Source of the DNA: Mobula hypostoma
Taxonomy: Eukaryota
DNA length: 64,000 nt
Assembly: GCF_963921235.1 (NCBI RefSeq)
Contig: NC_086097.1
Coordinates: 89,840,001-89,904,000 of the forward strand
Reading direction: 5' to 3'
Made by a program: the position numbers and the translations under genes. Of this stretch, positions 36,590 through 50,990 are shown piece after piece. Position 1 is the stretch's first letter, and each line of letters begins with the position of its first letter. Under the pieces are notes generated by a model. The model was not told the origin of the DNA, searched no databases, and saw nothing but the letters and a program-made list of their open reading frames with translations.

Positions 36590-37760
36590 TTCACAGCTCT
36601 AAGTAAATTTATTATCAAAGTACATATATGTCACCATATACAACCCTGAGATTCAATTTCTAAATCCATAGAATAATAACCATAACAGAGCCAATGGAAG
36701 GCCAACTTGGGTGTTTAACCAGTGTGCAGAAGTCAACAAACTGAGCAAATGCAAAAAGAAAGCAATCACAATAGCAAATAAATCAGCAATAAATATCAAG
36801 AACATGAGATGAAAAGTCCTTGAAAGTGAGTCCATAGGTTGTGGGAACATTTCAGTGATGGGGCAAGTGAAGTTGAGTGAAGTTATCCCCTTTGGTTCAA
36901 GAGCCTGATGGTTGAGGGATAGTAACGGTTCCTGAACCTGGTGGTGTGAGTCCTGAGACTCCTGTACCTTCTTTCTGATGGCAGCAGTGTGAAAAGAGCA
37001 TGTCCTGGGTGGTGGGAGTCACTGATGATGGATACTGCTTTCCTGTGACAGCGTTGCATGCAGATATGGTCAATTGTGGGGAGGGTTTTACCTGTGTTGG
37101 ACTGGGCTGTATCCACTACATTTTGTAGGATTTTCCGTTGAAGGGCATTAGTGCTTCCGTATCAGGCTGTGATGCAGCCAGTCAATATACTCTCCACTAC
37201 ATATCTATAGAAGTTTGTCAAATTTTAGATGTCATGATGAATCTTTGCAAACTCCTAAGGAAGTAGAGGCGCTGTTGTGCTTTCTTTGTAATTGCACTTT
37301 CATGCTGGGCCCAGGACAGATCCTCTGAAATAATACACAGAGGAATTTAAAGTTGCAGACCCTCTCCACCTCTGATCCTCTGATGAGGACTAACTCACGG
37401 TCCTCTGGTTTCTTTCTCCTGAAGTCAATAATCAGCTCCTTGGTCTTACTGACAAGAGACTTTTGTTGTGGCACCACTCAGCCAGATTTTCAATCTCCCT
37501 CCTAAACGCTGAGTCGTCACCACCTTTGATTAGGCCTACGACAGTGGTGTCAGCAAACTTGAATACGGCGTTGGGGCTGTGCTTAGCCTCACAGTTATAA
37601 GTGTAAAGTGAGTAGAGCAGGGGGCTAAGCACACAGCCTTGTGGTGTACCTGTGCTGATGGAGGTTGTGGAGGAGATGTTGTTGCCAATCCAAATTGACT
37701 GGGGTTTGCAAGCAAGGAAATCCAGGATCCAATTGCACAAGGAGGTATAGAGGCCAAGGT
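36590..37760 (-). mobile_element. Rex1/Babar-like LINE, 3' part
   Basis: CNWILDFL...[19 protein letters not shown]...[35 protein letters not shown]. Confidence 0.9.
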
Positions 37761-37764
37761 CTAG

Positions 37765-38780
37765 AATTAAAGAAGTATATGGTTAACTGCCTGAAGAGTA
37801 GTATTTTGTGGGAGATTTGGCCATTCCAGAGCTACATGAACTGTAGTTTTGGTTGGTTCAGTTTTAGCCCCCTTGCTTTAATGATTTAAACAATGGGGAC
37901 CATGATTAAAAGATTTGCCTGATGAAACCAAAATTGGCAGTATGACAGTGAAGTTGAAAGGTTGTAGATGGCAAGTAGCAGTGGTCTGACCTGGGCACAG
38001 AGGGGCCAATTTGTACTCAGTTTAGAGAAGTGTGACGAATGGATTTGGGGAGAGTAAGCAAACAGTGGAAAACAATGGTGGGATGCTAAACACTGTACAG
38101 GATCAGAGTGCCGGCTCACATATCTGTGGAGCAAAAGGACAGTGGCATAAGATAGTGAAGTTAGATGCAATTCCTTGATTAAACGGTCAAAGCATTAAAC
38201 ACAAATATGGGCAGATCATGCTGGAACTGTATAAAGCACCAGTTGGGCCACAGCTGGAGCTTTGTCTACAGTTCTGGTCACCTCATCACAGGAAGGATGT
38301 GGTAAAACTGAAGGGGGTGCAGAGGGGATTTACAAGGGTGTTACCAGGATGCAGAATTAGAAAAAATAAATTTCAGCATTGGCAGTATTTTCTTAGCAAG
38401 TACTGAAGAATTATATGAATCAGTCAGGGAATGGGGAAAAAAAGAGATTGAAAGGAGATTTAATAGAGGCCTAGGCACATAAAGTGAAAGTATCTATTTT
38501 TCTTAGCAGACATGCCAATAACTAGCAGGCATAAATTGAAAGATAATTGGTAGAATTGTGGAAAATCTGCAGAAAGTTTTATTCATTATAAGACTGGTTG
38601 GTGTCAGTATTTTATTGGCTGAAGGAGTGGTGGAGGCAGAAACCCCAGCAAGTCCATAAGTGCCTGGAGAATCACACAAAGAGCCTCACCCTGCAAGGCT
38701 ACTGACAAAGAGATGAGAAGAATGAGTAACTTAATTTGCTCCTTTCTTTCCCATAGGGACACAATTGGCCAACTGCCCAC
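37765..38780 (+). mobile_element. Highly degraded CR1
   Basis: LELYKAPVGPQLELCLQFWSPHHRKDV (38218-38406). Confidence 0.7.
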
Positions 38781-39205
38781 ACTTCTGTCCGATTAATTTT
38801 TTAAATTACGATTCCACATGAGTTGTTTGCTATTTACACGTCTATTCTGTAAGTTTGTTGGTATTTATTTTGTCACAGTTCTAGCTTCCATTAACTAATC
38901 CCCCCTCAACCTGATGTCTTCTGCAGTTGTTGAAACTGTAATTCCAAATCTTGGATGATGAACCACAGATCTGATCCCAGTGCAATGTTCCCACCTGTTT
39001 CCAATCTGAGCAACTACTTTTAAGAACTATTCTTTGGTCTTGAAACCCTTTGAAACAGTGCAGTGATCTGTGCATCACCCAGCGGAATTCGGTATAAAAC
39101 CAAACCTACTGCAGTCCTATGCGTCATGCAGATTTTACAATGTTAAATTGTATACACATGCAAACCACTAGACATACAATACATTGGGCAGCTAGTATAT
39201 AACAC

Positions 39206-39484
39206 TTTTTTTTGGCGTGTGCGTGCGCTTGCGTCCGTGCATGTAAAATGTTGGCGGGACGATGTCTTTTTCATGCCTTCACAAGGCGCGGAGCGAAAGA
39301 GAGAGACTTCCTCACACAGACTTTTCGCAGTATTCTTCCCTTTATTTTACGAGGTCGAGTAGCGATCTTGACACTCAACCCGGCACAGATGGAAAGCGTG
39401 CTCGGGAGCGGACCCGACTGGGTTCAAACCTGGGAACCTCTGTTCCAGAGTCCGGCACTGATGTCATTGCACCACCAGCCGGCC
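39206..39484 (-). mobile_element. Young tRNA-derived SINE with A-tail
   Basis: Minus strand starts GGCCGGCTGGTGGTGCAATG (A box), has GGTTTGAACCC (B box), and ends GCACACGCC-A8; CpG-rich. Confidence 0.8.
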
Positions 39485-39759
39485 CGTACAACATTCTTTT
39501 TAATGTTATCGATGATCTCAAACAGGACAGGTCACCCTGTCCATAACAAATCATATGCGACCTAATTCTGTATCAGTAAAAGAGGACCAGTCCCACCCAG
39601 AGCCTGTGGCCTTGATCTCCAATGCTTGGACCCTCTGGAAATTGACATGTTTAGTCATTGCTTGTTCCCAGCACACTTGCCCTTCCCACAATACTCCTCT
39701 TCATTCCCTCCTCACACATACCCCACCCACATCCCTCTTGAACCTGGGTCTTTGGCGCT

Positions 39760-40450
39760 CTGCGGCAGTGGAACAATGAACTAAGCCACTGCCTCCCAGT
39801 GCCAGAGAACTCTGTTAAATCCTGACCTTGGGTACTGTTTGTGTGGAATTTGCACACTCTCCCTGCAACTGCGCTACTTTCATCCAGTTGCTCTGGTTTC
39901 CCATCACGAACCAGAGGCCTACTGGTAGGTTAATTTTAGTCACCTCTTTGTAGGAAGGATGTGAAAACTTTAGAGAGGGTGCAGAGGAGATTTACTAGGA
40001 TGTTGCATGGATTAGAGAGCATGCCTTATGAGGAAACATTATGTGAACTAGGGCTTTTCTTTTTGGAGCAAAAGGAAGTTGAGAGGTGAATTGAAAGTGG
40101 TGTTTAAGATGGTGAGAGGCATAGATAGAGTGGATAGTCAACGTCTCTTTCCCAAGGCAGAATGGCAAATACAAGAAGGCATAATTTTAAGGTGATTGGA
40201 GGAAAGTATAGGAGGGACATCAGAGGTAGGATTTTTCCACAGAGTGGTGGGTATTTGGATCACACTGCCTGGGGTGGTGGCAGAAGCAGATACATTAGGG
40301 TACAGTTAAGAGACTCATAGATAGGCCCTTGGAAGAATGGAATAGAGGCCTGTGTGGGTGGTAAGTGTTTGATCAATCTTGGAACAGGTTAAAAGGTTGC
40401 CACAACATCACGGACTGAATGGCCTGCACTTTGCTGTGATGTTCTCTGTT
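39760..40450 (+). mobile_element. HE1/V-SINE-like SINE followed by a CR1 3' fragment
   Basis: GTGTGGAATTTGCACACTCTCCCTG core; GAGAGGGTGCAGAGGAGATTTACTAGGATG CR1 motif. Confidence 0.7.
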
Positions 40451-40677
40451 CTCTGTCCATTGGCAAAAAGCAAGCTGAGTGATGGGTATGTGTGAGAGGG
40501 AATAAGTTGGATAGGTTGAGGGATGTGGGGAGTGGCAATATAGGGGCCAGCATGCACTTAATGGGATGAATGTCCTGCTTCTGTGGTTTATTAACTATAA
40601 GCCCACTTTCTGAATGATTTTGAAAATAGCTATAAAAGTTTGCTGGGTATATGCAGTCTGATCACTAGACGTTTTTT

Positions 40678-41575
40678 TGTTTATGACACCATTCTCCTTA
40701 AATCTAGAAACTGTTCTGCAGGAGATCAGCAGTTTCTGAGATACCTAAACCACCCCATCTGGCACCAACAATCATTCCACAATCAAAGTCACTTAGATCA
40801 CATTACCTCCTCATCCTAATGTCTGGTCTGAACAACAACTGAACCTTTTGATCATGTCTGCATGCTTTCATGCGTTGAGTTGCTGCCTCATGATTGGCTA
40901 ATTGGATATTTGCATTAACACCAGCGCCTTTACTTCCTGAGGAAGCTGAAGAAATTTGGCCTGTCCCCTAAAACCCTCACTAATTTTTATAGATGCACTG
41001 TAGAAAGCATTCTTCTAGGGCGCATCACAACCTGGTATGGAAGTTGTCCTGTCCAAGACTGGAAGAAGCTGCAGAAGATCGTGAACACGGCGCAGCACAT
41101 CACACAAACCAATCTTCCATCCATGGACTCACCTTACACCGCACGCTGTCGGGGCAGCGCTGCCAGGATAGTCAAGGACACGACCCACCCAGCCAACACA
41201 CTTTTCTTCCCTCTTCCCTCCAGGAGAAGGCTCAGGAGCTTGAAGACTCGTACGGCCAGATTTGGGAACAGCTTCTTTCCAACTGTGATAAGACTGCTGA
41301 ATGGATCCTGACCCGGATCTGGGCCGTACCCTCCAAATATCCGGACCTGCCTCTCGGTTTTTTTGCACTACCTTACTTTCCCTTTTCTATTTTCTATTTA
41401 TGATTTATAATTTAAATTTTTAATATTGACTATCAATTTTGTACTCCAGGGAGAATGAAGTACAGAAGCAAATATCGCTGGGATGATTGTATGCTCTAGT
41501 ATCAATTGTTTGGTAACAACAAAGTATAAAGTATAAACAAGCAGAAGCACAAGTGTACCTAATAAAGTGGCCATT
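40678..41575 (-). mobile_element. Tc1-like 5' fragment interrupted by a Rex1 insertion
   Basis: Reverse complement of 42168-42439; terminus CCTAATAAAGTGGCCA at about 41560-41575. Confidence 0.85.
40921..41535 (+). mobile_element. Young Rex1-like LINE 3' fragment
   Basis: QRLYFLRKLKKFGL...THPANTLFFPLPSRRRLRSLKTRTARFGNSFFP; (TATAAAG)n tail. Confidence 0.85.
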
Positions 41576-42162
41576 TCATGGCAATTATTTACCCTACTCT
41601 CCACTGTACTGTTAATACTGATGAGTTGTATCATTTGTAACAGTTATCCTCTTCCTGAGATTTGCTTTGTTATATATATGTCTGTACAAGACATAGTTGT
41701 TTCATTTTATATTCTTGAATAAAGTTTTGAATCTATCCAGAAACATCTGCTGGAAAGGATGTCTTGATATTCAGCACCAGACTCTCATTGCCAAACAGGA
41801 GAGGCTGCTGGCATCCATCATCATATATAAAGGCTCTCTCAGGAGCTAGGTCCAAAGGTCGGTTGGCATATGGAAGTAGCCTTCAGCCATGCTTCTGCGA
41901 GGCAATAGAGGAGAGAAAACCAAAGGAAAGGGTCACTGCCACCAGTAGACAGGAGATACAGAAGCCTGAAGTCCTACACCAACAGGTTCAGGAACAATAA
42001 CCTTCTGCAACCATCAACTTTAACCCTACCTGGGCAATGGAATATTACAGACCATCTTTTGCTTGCCTTTGATTTTTTTTTGTACTTTAAGGCTTGATTT
42101 TTTCCATTCCACTTCATTGACTTAAGTCTATAATTTATATTCTGCATGTTTTCTGAATCTGC

Positions 42163-42615
42163 ACTTAGTGGCCACTTTATTAGGTACACCTGTGCTTCTG
42201 GTTGTTAATGTCCAATCAGCCAATCATGTGGGAGCAACTCAATGCATGAAAGCATGCAGACATGATCAAAAGGTTCAGTTGTTGTTCAGACCAGACATTA
42301 GGATGAGGAGGTAATGTGATCTAAGTGACTTTGATTGTGGAATGATTGTTGGTGCCAGATGGGGTGGTTTGGGTATCTCAGAAACTGCTGATCTCCTGCA
42401 GAACAGTTTCTAGATTTAAGGAGAATGGCGTGATAAACAACAGAACAACCAGGGAGTGGCGGTTCTGTGGGTGAAAATGCTTTGTTAATGAGAGAGGTCA
42501 GAGGAGAATGGCCAGACTGGTTCAAGCTGACAGGAAGGTGACAGTAACTCAAATAACAACGTATCACCAGAGTGGTGTGTAGAAGAGCAACTCTGAAAGC
42601 ACAATACTCGGATGG
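42163..42615 (+). mobile_element. Tc1-like transposon 5' fragment
   Basis: CACTTAGTGGCCACTTTATTAGG terminus; DLSDFDCGMIVGAR...ISETADLL...ERGQRRMARLVQADRK. Confidence 0.85.
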
Positions 42616-42799
42616 GCTGTACATTTTGTATAGGATACTATGCTAAGAACTGGAGTTTATTGAGTTCCAGAGAAAGCTCACAGAGAGAATGTACAAACTC
42701 CACACACAGACAGGATTGGAGTTTGGGATCAAACTCTCAGGCAGCAGCTTAACTTGATGCTTCTCAATCACAAAGCCAAAAAGGACAAGTGAAACTCAC

Positions 42800-44145
42800 T
42801 GGCCAAAGGAGTGGCACCAGATAATTGAAGGGTGGTAAATATTACTCCTTTTATTTTTCAAGAAAGAGAGCAGGGATAACCCTGGGAATTCTAGAGACTT
42901 CAGTGGTGGACAATTAAATTATCGGAGAAGATTCTTACAGGACTTATGAGCTTTGAGGAAGCATAATCTGATTAGGGGTAGTCAGCGTGGCTTTGTGATG
43001 GGCTGTTCATGTCTCACGAGCCTGACGGAAGTATTTGAGGATATGACAAAGCACGTTGATGAAGTTAGGGCAATGGATGTGGGATAAATGGATTTTAGTA
43101 AGGCATTTTATAGGATTCCCCATGATAGGCTCATTCAGAAAATCAGTAGGCATGGGATCCAGGGAAACTTGGCATGTGGATTCAGAATTGGCTTGCCCCT
43201 AGAAGGTTGTAGATGGAGGTCAATGACCAGTGGTGTTCTACAGGAATCTGTTCTGGGATCCCTATTCTCTATGATTTTTATAAATAACTTGGATGAGGAA
43301 GTGGAAGAGTGGGATAATGTAGAAATTTATCATAGGTTTCAATGGACACTGACAGCATGCAGAGCTGGACTGAGAAGGGGCAGATGGCGTTCAAACGAAG
43401 AAATGAGAAGTGATTCACCTTGGAAGGGCGAATTTGAAGGCAGAATGCAGGGAAATGGCAGGATTCTTAGCAATGTGGGGGAACAGCGTGAACTCGTGAT
43501 CCATGTCCATAGAACCCCCAAAGTTGCCACACAAGTTGATAGGGTGGTTGAGAAGGCGTATGGTGTGATGGTCTTCATTAGTCGGGTGACTGAGTTCAAG
43601 AGTTGAGGTAATGTTGCAGCTCTATAAAATGCTGGTTAGACCACACTTGGAATATTGGTCAGCTCAGGGGCTTTAGAGAGGGTGCAGAGATTTACCAGGA
43701 TGCTGCCTGGATTAGAGAGCATGTCTTCTCAGGATAGGTTGGGCAAAGTAGGGCTTTTTTTCTTTGGAGCCAAGGAGGATGCAGGGTGACTTAATAGATT
43801 TTTACAAGATGATAGGAGGCATATATCGAGTTGATAGCCCGAGAACTTTTCCCAGGATAGAAATAGCTAATACCAGAGGGCATAATTTTAAGGTGATTGT
43901 AGGGAAGTATAGGGAGGTGTCAAGAATTTTTTTTATATAGAGTGGTGAGTGCATGGAATATTCTCATGGGGTAGTGGTAGAGGCAAATACATGAAGGGCA
44001 TTTTAGAAACTCTTAGATACAGGGATGATAGAAGAAGTAGAAGGCTATGTAAGAGGGAAGGATTAGATTGATCTCAGAGTAGGTAAACATATTGGCACAG
44101 TGTTGAGGTCCAAAGGACCTGAACTATGCTGTAATGTTCTATGAA
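42800..44145 (+). mobile_element. Degraded CR1 ORF2 and 3' end
   Basis: MDFSKAFYRIPHDRL...SGVLQESVLG; ends TGTTCTATG. Confidence 0.88.
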
Positions 44146-44331
44146 ACACAGCAAAGAAAAGAAAATGCTGGGGTAGGAATAGCAAGGATGAAAATTTGGA
44201 ACTTGTAAAAAAACTGAAGAAAGCTCAACTTAAAGCTCATCTTCACCATTCATAGGCATTGTTAGAAACTGTCCCCATGGTGATTGGGGCTTATGTCAAG
44301 ACAAAGACATCAACATTGTACTTCAACTGAT

Positions 44332-44337
44332 TTTATT
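44332..44337 (-). terminator. Polyadenylation signal AATAAA
   Basis: Canonical hexamer with downstream GU-rich element; Pumilio motifs TGTAAATA (44455-44462) and TGTACATA (44616-44623) upstream. Confidence 0.5.
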
Positions 44338-47184
44338 AGAAATGATAGTTTACAAATATCTTACATAAACCTAAACCCATAGCATATGAAAGAGGTCCCA
44401 AGCATCAATACAGCACTATATTGCACAGTGGAAAAAACAGCTCTCATTTTCAGCTATTTACAGTAAGTGAGTGCATTTCCCCTTGTCTTAATAACACACA
44501 CAATACCCAATGTGTTTGTTCTGAACTATGCTACATGATCACTGGGTCTCCTGTCCATTGTTTACTGGGATTGTGCGGCTTTTAAGACAATGATGTTATT
44601 TTCAAGGGGAAAACATATGTACAAAACAAATATCAAAAAAGGAGTAGCTTCAAGCAGTTCCAGCAGTGAATGGAATGTTAGCTGGGAAACACAAGAATCA
44701 AATTAATGAAAGCACACGTACCCCTATGTCCAACTGCCTGTTACAGCTGAATAGCTTGCATGGGGTCATGTTTCATTATGTCTTCTAAGTCTCCCAGTGC
44801 TCTGAGGCAGGAGTCTGCAATGCTTTATTTACTAGATGGTTATTTATTAACACCCATTTACTGCCTGGAATAAAATCAGTCTTTAATGTATCATACACGT
44901 GCTTCTGTTCCCAAACTCTCACTCCTAGTAACAACTTTGAGTTTTATCTTCAGTTTTAATTTCAAAATATTAACCCTGGGGCTCCTTTGAAAATTTCAAA
45001 ACAGAGTTCCCTATGTTGTTATTGGGCAACAGCATTAGGGTTATGCAACCAAGATGGACCTTCAATACCAATCTCAACAAGTGGAAGATTCACTCAACTG
45101 CATGGTCTCCTGCTGTCCTGATGTTCCTAACCCTACTTCCTGCATGACACACACTAAAGTTTTTCCATTTATAAAGATCTAGCACAGGGAGACCTAATGA
45201 ACAGGGCACTTGCTTCACGTGGTTGCAAAGACAATCTGAATTAGTCCAGTGCCATCACTAGCAGAGAAATGTTGACTCCACCCACCCCCCCCCCCCACCG
45301 GCTACCCAACGGGCTAGCTCCAGATTTGTTACAAGTTAAATCTGGACCCGGGCAGGTGTAAAATCTTGAAACCCACTTCTGTAGATTGTGAAGCAAATGC
45401 CCATGGAGTTATTTTCTCAAGCTGGGCCCATCTACGGGATGTTTCCATTAGGTGGAGCTTTCTACTGGAGCTGTGTCGGGTCAGTGTGAGACTGGGAGAC
45501 AAGATGATTGTGACCAGCAGATACAAGAAATCTGAGGATATTTAAATCAAGAGAACATCTCCTTAGTAGTCATAGATTTCATTGGACACACAAAGCAAAC
45601 AAGCTAAAAACCCACAAAGCACAAAATACTCTGTACAGCCACATTTCTTATGAAAGGCCAAAGGGGTACAAAGCCCTTCAGCACACAAGAGAATATTATA
45701 CAGTAATAATACAAAAATAACATTCCAGTGCGAGTTTGTTTGTTCCTGGTTCCTCCATCTGTCCCAGTACAGTCTGTAACCTTTGCAATTGTGTTGGAGA
45801 AAGTTGAAACCAATGTTAAGCCAACTGCCTCAAGGGAGCCATTTCACTTAAAGATCACGTACAAAGATCTCAACCATGCCAGCAAGGGGATAGATCCTGG
45901 AGGTTGTTTTCTTCTACGTTGGTCACAATATTAGAACAACAGACCTGTCCTTTTTAGTCTGACAGTTCTATTCTGTCTGTCAGGTAAGATTTGCCCCTCT
46001 CCCCCACAATGATTACTAGAACAGTGAATCAACACAGTAATTAAAAGACAGCTTGAGACTAACAGATCGGCTGGAATGTTGGCTCGATGTCCTGTGATGC
46101 TGTTTTAAATTGGGAACAAGTGGTAAAGTAAGTGGGATCAGGGCAAGTTGGCTCCTTCTTACTGAGAACCATCACAGTGCTGAGGACTCAGGTGCCACTT
46201 GTTCTTCAGTGACCTCTGCTCAAGGATGATATCTGAATAATGTTGACTTTAATGAAGAACAAATTGGGTACTCAGGGCTGGGAGAAGTCCTGAAACTTTA
46301 AAGGGGGGTCAAAAGTCTTGAAACATCCGAGCACCAAAGGGTAAGAACTGATAACATGTATCAAAAACGAGAGGATAAAATGTGTTTTAAACAAGATTTG
46401 AGGGGAAGTTTTTACACGTTGATGTCTGAAATCATTGCCAGAGGAGGTGGTGGATTCAGATACAAATACGGTACTATTTTGAAAGGCATTTAGACAGGCA
46501 CTGTTTAGACGTGGGAGGATATGGCCCTAATGTAGGCAAATTGTATTGCTATATATGTGCAAAATGATTAATATTGACTGATGCAAAAGGGCCAGATTCC
46601 GTGCTGTATTTATCTGTACCTCCATGGAGTATCTGAACTGGACACATATCCGGGTTAAACCATGGCCAACAGTTAATGATGGTCTGTCAATTGATTTTTC
46701 AAGATAAGCTAAATAGTGACTTTGCCAATAGACCATGTTTTGAGTACTAAATATTGAACAAAAATTCATAATCGGGACGTTCATCACAACGCATGTCACA
46801 CAGGAGGCCTTCTTACTGACAAGATGATGCCATGTTGTTCAGTGCATGAAACAAATACTGGTGATAATCTTTTGTTTATGATGTGATGTACAGCTCCAGG
46901 AGGGGTGTGGTAGAAGTCCAAAGTCTTCAGCTAATCTTACTGTAGCCAATCCAAATGAATTTTATTCCCATCATGTCACGTGAGTACCTCCTCATCCATA
47001 ACCTTTTAAACTACCTCACTAGATTCTGAGAAATGGGCTATCTTTCTCTGCTGTTAAATTCACAACCCACTGTTTATGATACCCCTACTAACATGGGTGA
47101 TATTCTTAATAAATGACTTTTAAACTCATCCAATTTGTTGTGTGTTTCATATAGATGTTTGTTTTTAACAGTCGCCATCTAAAC

Positions 47185-47264
47185 CAGAGGCTCCCAACTT
47201 TTTTATGCCATGGACCCCTACCATTAACCAAGGGGCCAGGGGTTCCCCAGATTGGGAACTCCTA
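47185..47264. mobile_element. 80-bp hAT-type MITE
   Basis: TIRs CAGAGGCTCCCAA / TTGGGAACTCCTA; 8-bp TSD ATCTAAAC/ATCTAAAT. Confidence 0.7.
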
Positions 47265-49899
47265 ATCTAAATACTGTTTAGTAGGTGCAGTAGTTGTACG
47301 CTTTCCCCAACTGCCCACCCCTCCCTGCTTAACATTACTGATTATAATTCCCCTGAGAGCGGTTCTGAATAAGGTGCACTTCCATGCTGAGGATCTATGG
47401 AGATTGGGAGAAGGCCTCAACGACAAGTCTTATCTGTGTTGGCTATCCTGGCCGGCTTTTGAACAGCAGTCATTAAGTGGTCAATGTGTAAGTAGCCCGA
47501 GGAAGTCCCAATTGGAAGAGAAGTGGATTGGCAAAGATACAGGTCAGAAACAAAAGCACCCAAGGAGCTCAGAATGTAACGGTCCTCTCGTATGTAATGT
47601 GAGTTGTCTGCCATTCTAAAACCATGCGGATATAAATATGTAATGATGATGATTAATGTTCTGGAGATGGTTTTGCACTACCTTGCAGCTCAGATGGCTA
47701 CTGAGCACACTGTTGATTATAAGGTCACGTACAATCTGCCACTCAGTGGGGGAAAGAATGGACTGTGCAGTAGTACATATTTTGTCTGATTGTAGTCGAT
47801 ACGCAAGTACCTTGTTGAACTATGCATTCTTTATCCCTTGTTTCCACTTGGCTCTGGCCCTTGATACAAGTCAGTCCTTCAGATTTAACTTCATTCCTCT
47901 TGAAGCTTTGCAAGTAAAGGATGACTAAGTGGGATGGGGAAGGGGCTTGCTACCAAGAATCGTACATTTCTCTTTTTCCCTCCTGCAGACCAACTCGAAC
48001 TTCTCAAACCAACAATAAAAACGTCTCGCTGCTCGGCTAGGAAAGACACCAAACACCTGCGCTGAGGTTATTGCTCCCCCACCCCCACCCCCCGCACACA
48101 CACACTGAGCAAGCAATTGAGTGGCCTTCGCTGAACGAGGCCATGCTGCCAAGAGGACAGTGAGCTGAGTGGAGGACAGTGATGACTTGGCTGGGAGGGC
48201 TTTACCGCACTCAACAAAGGCAGTTCCTTTTAACTGATGCTACAGGGAGCTGTCCCAACGTCGGGGAGAAAGCATCACTCTTCCTACATAAGATCGCTAT
48301 GTCCACTTCACCAGTGGTTGGTTTCAACTGCACCAGCACTGTCTTTCTCTCTCTCAGTACCAACCTTGGGGTGCCCGCTTCAGGATGTGATTGTACAGGG
48401 CCACTCCATTCGAGCTGGTGTTGCCGCCCCAACGAATTGCAGAGAAATTGCACACCAGAAAAAAATTAACTAGACCACTAATACACAAAATAAATTATAT
48501 AGAATAAATTAGAGCAAAAAAAAAGGACTTTCCTTGCACTTCTTACAAGGCTGATGTCAGCAGTCAGTGATCAACATCTGTGTAGTTTCTTAATCATTTG
48601 TCCATTCCCTAGGCAATTCTTTTGCGTTAACTGGCTCAGTGTTCAATGATTGCAGGAAACATTTGTTCACTTTTGTAAAATGACTGCATCCATAAAACCT
48701 GCCTGAACAGTATAACTGCAAGCATTTGATCTCATTCCTCCTGAGCAAATGTTCCAACTCTTCATCGGCGTGGTGCGAGTGGTGGATTGCCAATAAATGA
48801 AGAATCAAGGGAGGAGGAGGGTGCTTAAAAGTGGCTCTCTACCCCTGACAAGTCACTTGTAAAGGAAGAACCATGAAACAATCCACTAAAAGAGCGGCCC
48901 CATGAAGATGATCCTATGTACATGTGCATTAACGTGTTTGTTCATGCATTGTTTATCCTCTGGAGGGCTAAGACACAAAAGCCTGAAGATTGAAGCCAAT
49001 TGCATCAATTCCTTAATCACGAGTTGAGTCACACTGGAGATTTTTGCCAGATGAAGTCACACCCATTAGGAAAATGGCCTGCAGAATTTTGGGTGTTGAT
49101 CCGCGCAGTGTGTCCTGTTGTTTTGAAGACGTCAGTCACACTGCTAATGATGTCACCAGTTGCCTACCACATTGCTGCAGAAGTTGGAGGTTCTGGGTAT
49201 AGGTCATAAGCTGTAGGATCGGGACTAGTGTCAAATGGGTGATTGATGGTCAGTGCCCGCTTCCATGCTAACTCTTTCTAAGATTCCATGGTGTCTCACT
49301 CACATGAAACACAGCAGTGATGCAACAATTGAGAAACTTACATGCTGTCACCCAACTCTCTGCCCCATCCCATCTCCAGAACTGCACTGGTCCCATTTTA
49401 GTGCAACGTCACCACAGAGCCCTTTCTAATATATGTTTGGCCAACCTTGCAAAACTGCAAAGGCATTGGTGTCATGGGCAATATGGTTAGAGAACTAAAA
49501 GAGGATGACCTCCAATGTCTTGGCAGATGACTGTTGGAGTTTCCACATGCTCCCCTCACGTACTCTGCCTGTGACTCCCTCCAGCCTCGCTGCTACTCGA
49601 TCTGTCATCAGACTCCAAGTATAGATTGCTTATCTCCGGTTGACAATCCCTTCAAAGCTGAAGCTCAGCTCCCTTTAATCACAAGGCAACTTGCGTGATC
49701 TTCTGTTGCCAAATCTACAGTGTACCCAATGCATCCTGGGAGCCTGCAAGAATTAAAGACTGTTCTCCAGGAGACTGCTGCAAGCATATCTGAGGGGAAA
49801 TTCAGAGAAAAGAGGGTTGTTATGTGGAATATTGATAATAGTGATACTATTAATGAACCAAGGAAATGATGTTTGATGAACATTAAGTTTATTGCAGAG

Positions 49900-50990
49900 G
49901 AAAAGGATAGCGTGCCAGATGGGCCAACAATTAAATCAGGAATAAATAACTATAAACAAAAGTAATCAAATAATGACACTAAAAAGAATGAAAATCCCCC
50001 AGCACCAGATGGCTTGCTGAGCAAAGATTTAAAAGAAATGGGTGTGAAGTGCCCTTTGTTAATTCTCCAAAATTAGTTTGACTTAGAAACTGTAACTGCT
50101 AGAAAAATGGTAGGTATGACAATAATGGACAGGGGAATTTCTGTGCATGTTTTTTTATACAGATCCAGGAAGCATTTGACAATAGACTGTTAGTGAATGC
50201 AGGTCACTGAGTGGAAGGCAAGTTATGCACTAGTTCAGGATATGAGAGGGCAATAGGAATCTATTCACTTTGGCTAAAGTGGACCACTAGAATCTGTATT
50301 AGGCTCTCTACTATTCACAATATTTATTATTGACTTTGATGAAAGCAGCATACTTGAGTTTAGCAAGATCACAAATATATGTGGCATGGTTCTAATCTAA
50401 AATCATTGATCTAAGCACTAATTCTGCATTGACATAGTCTCAGTGCCCGAGCAACTTCCAGCTAGAAGCCCACCGTTCTACCTTGACTAAGAAGAACTGT
50501 GAGCAGGAATGGGCATCACATCATCGGAGAGATGTACTCTCAGAGAGTTAATCTGTGAAGAAATGTGACATAAACTAGGGTTATACGCCGTGGAATCTAA
50601 AAGCTGAAGGGTTAATTTGAATGGAAGTTTTCCATATACAGGAAAAGTGGAAGGAGGGGAGTATAGGACTAGAAAGTGTAAAAAAAGCAGGAGCAAGATC
50701 ATTTAGGAGTGAAATTCGGAAACACTTCTATATTCTAAAGGTGAAAGCAGTTTGGAACATTTCCACACATGAGAGGTTGTGGGGCTATTTGGTCATTTTA
50801 AATCTGAGATTGATATGATTATTGTTAAACGCAGGTATTAGGATGTTAAAAGATAGTATAATGCCTTGGTAAAGGTTTTACTGCTAATGTAATGGTCTTT
50901 ACGTAGTTAGATCACAGATCTGCCACCTCACAATGAATCGTAGGAAAGGCTTGAGCAGATAAGTGGTCAGTGCTCCTATAGTCTTTGCCC
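49900..50990 (+). mobile_element. Very old CR1 remnant
   Basis: AAATCCCCAGCACCAGATGGCTTG, GAAGCATTTGACAA, CTATTCACAATATTTATT motifs. Confidence 0.6.

Noticed and set aside
39400..39484. tRNA gene
   Set aside because: The A/B boxes continue into a SINE body and A-tail; no full cloverleaf
47965..48022. Strong plus-strand acceptor followed by AATAAA
   Set aside because: Isolated signal with no supporting upstream exon; plausible by chance
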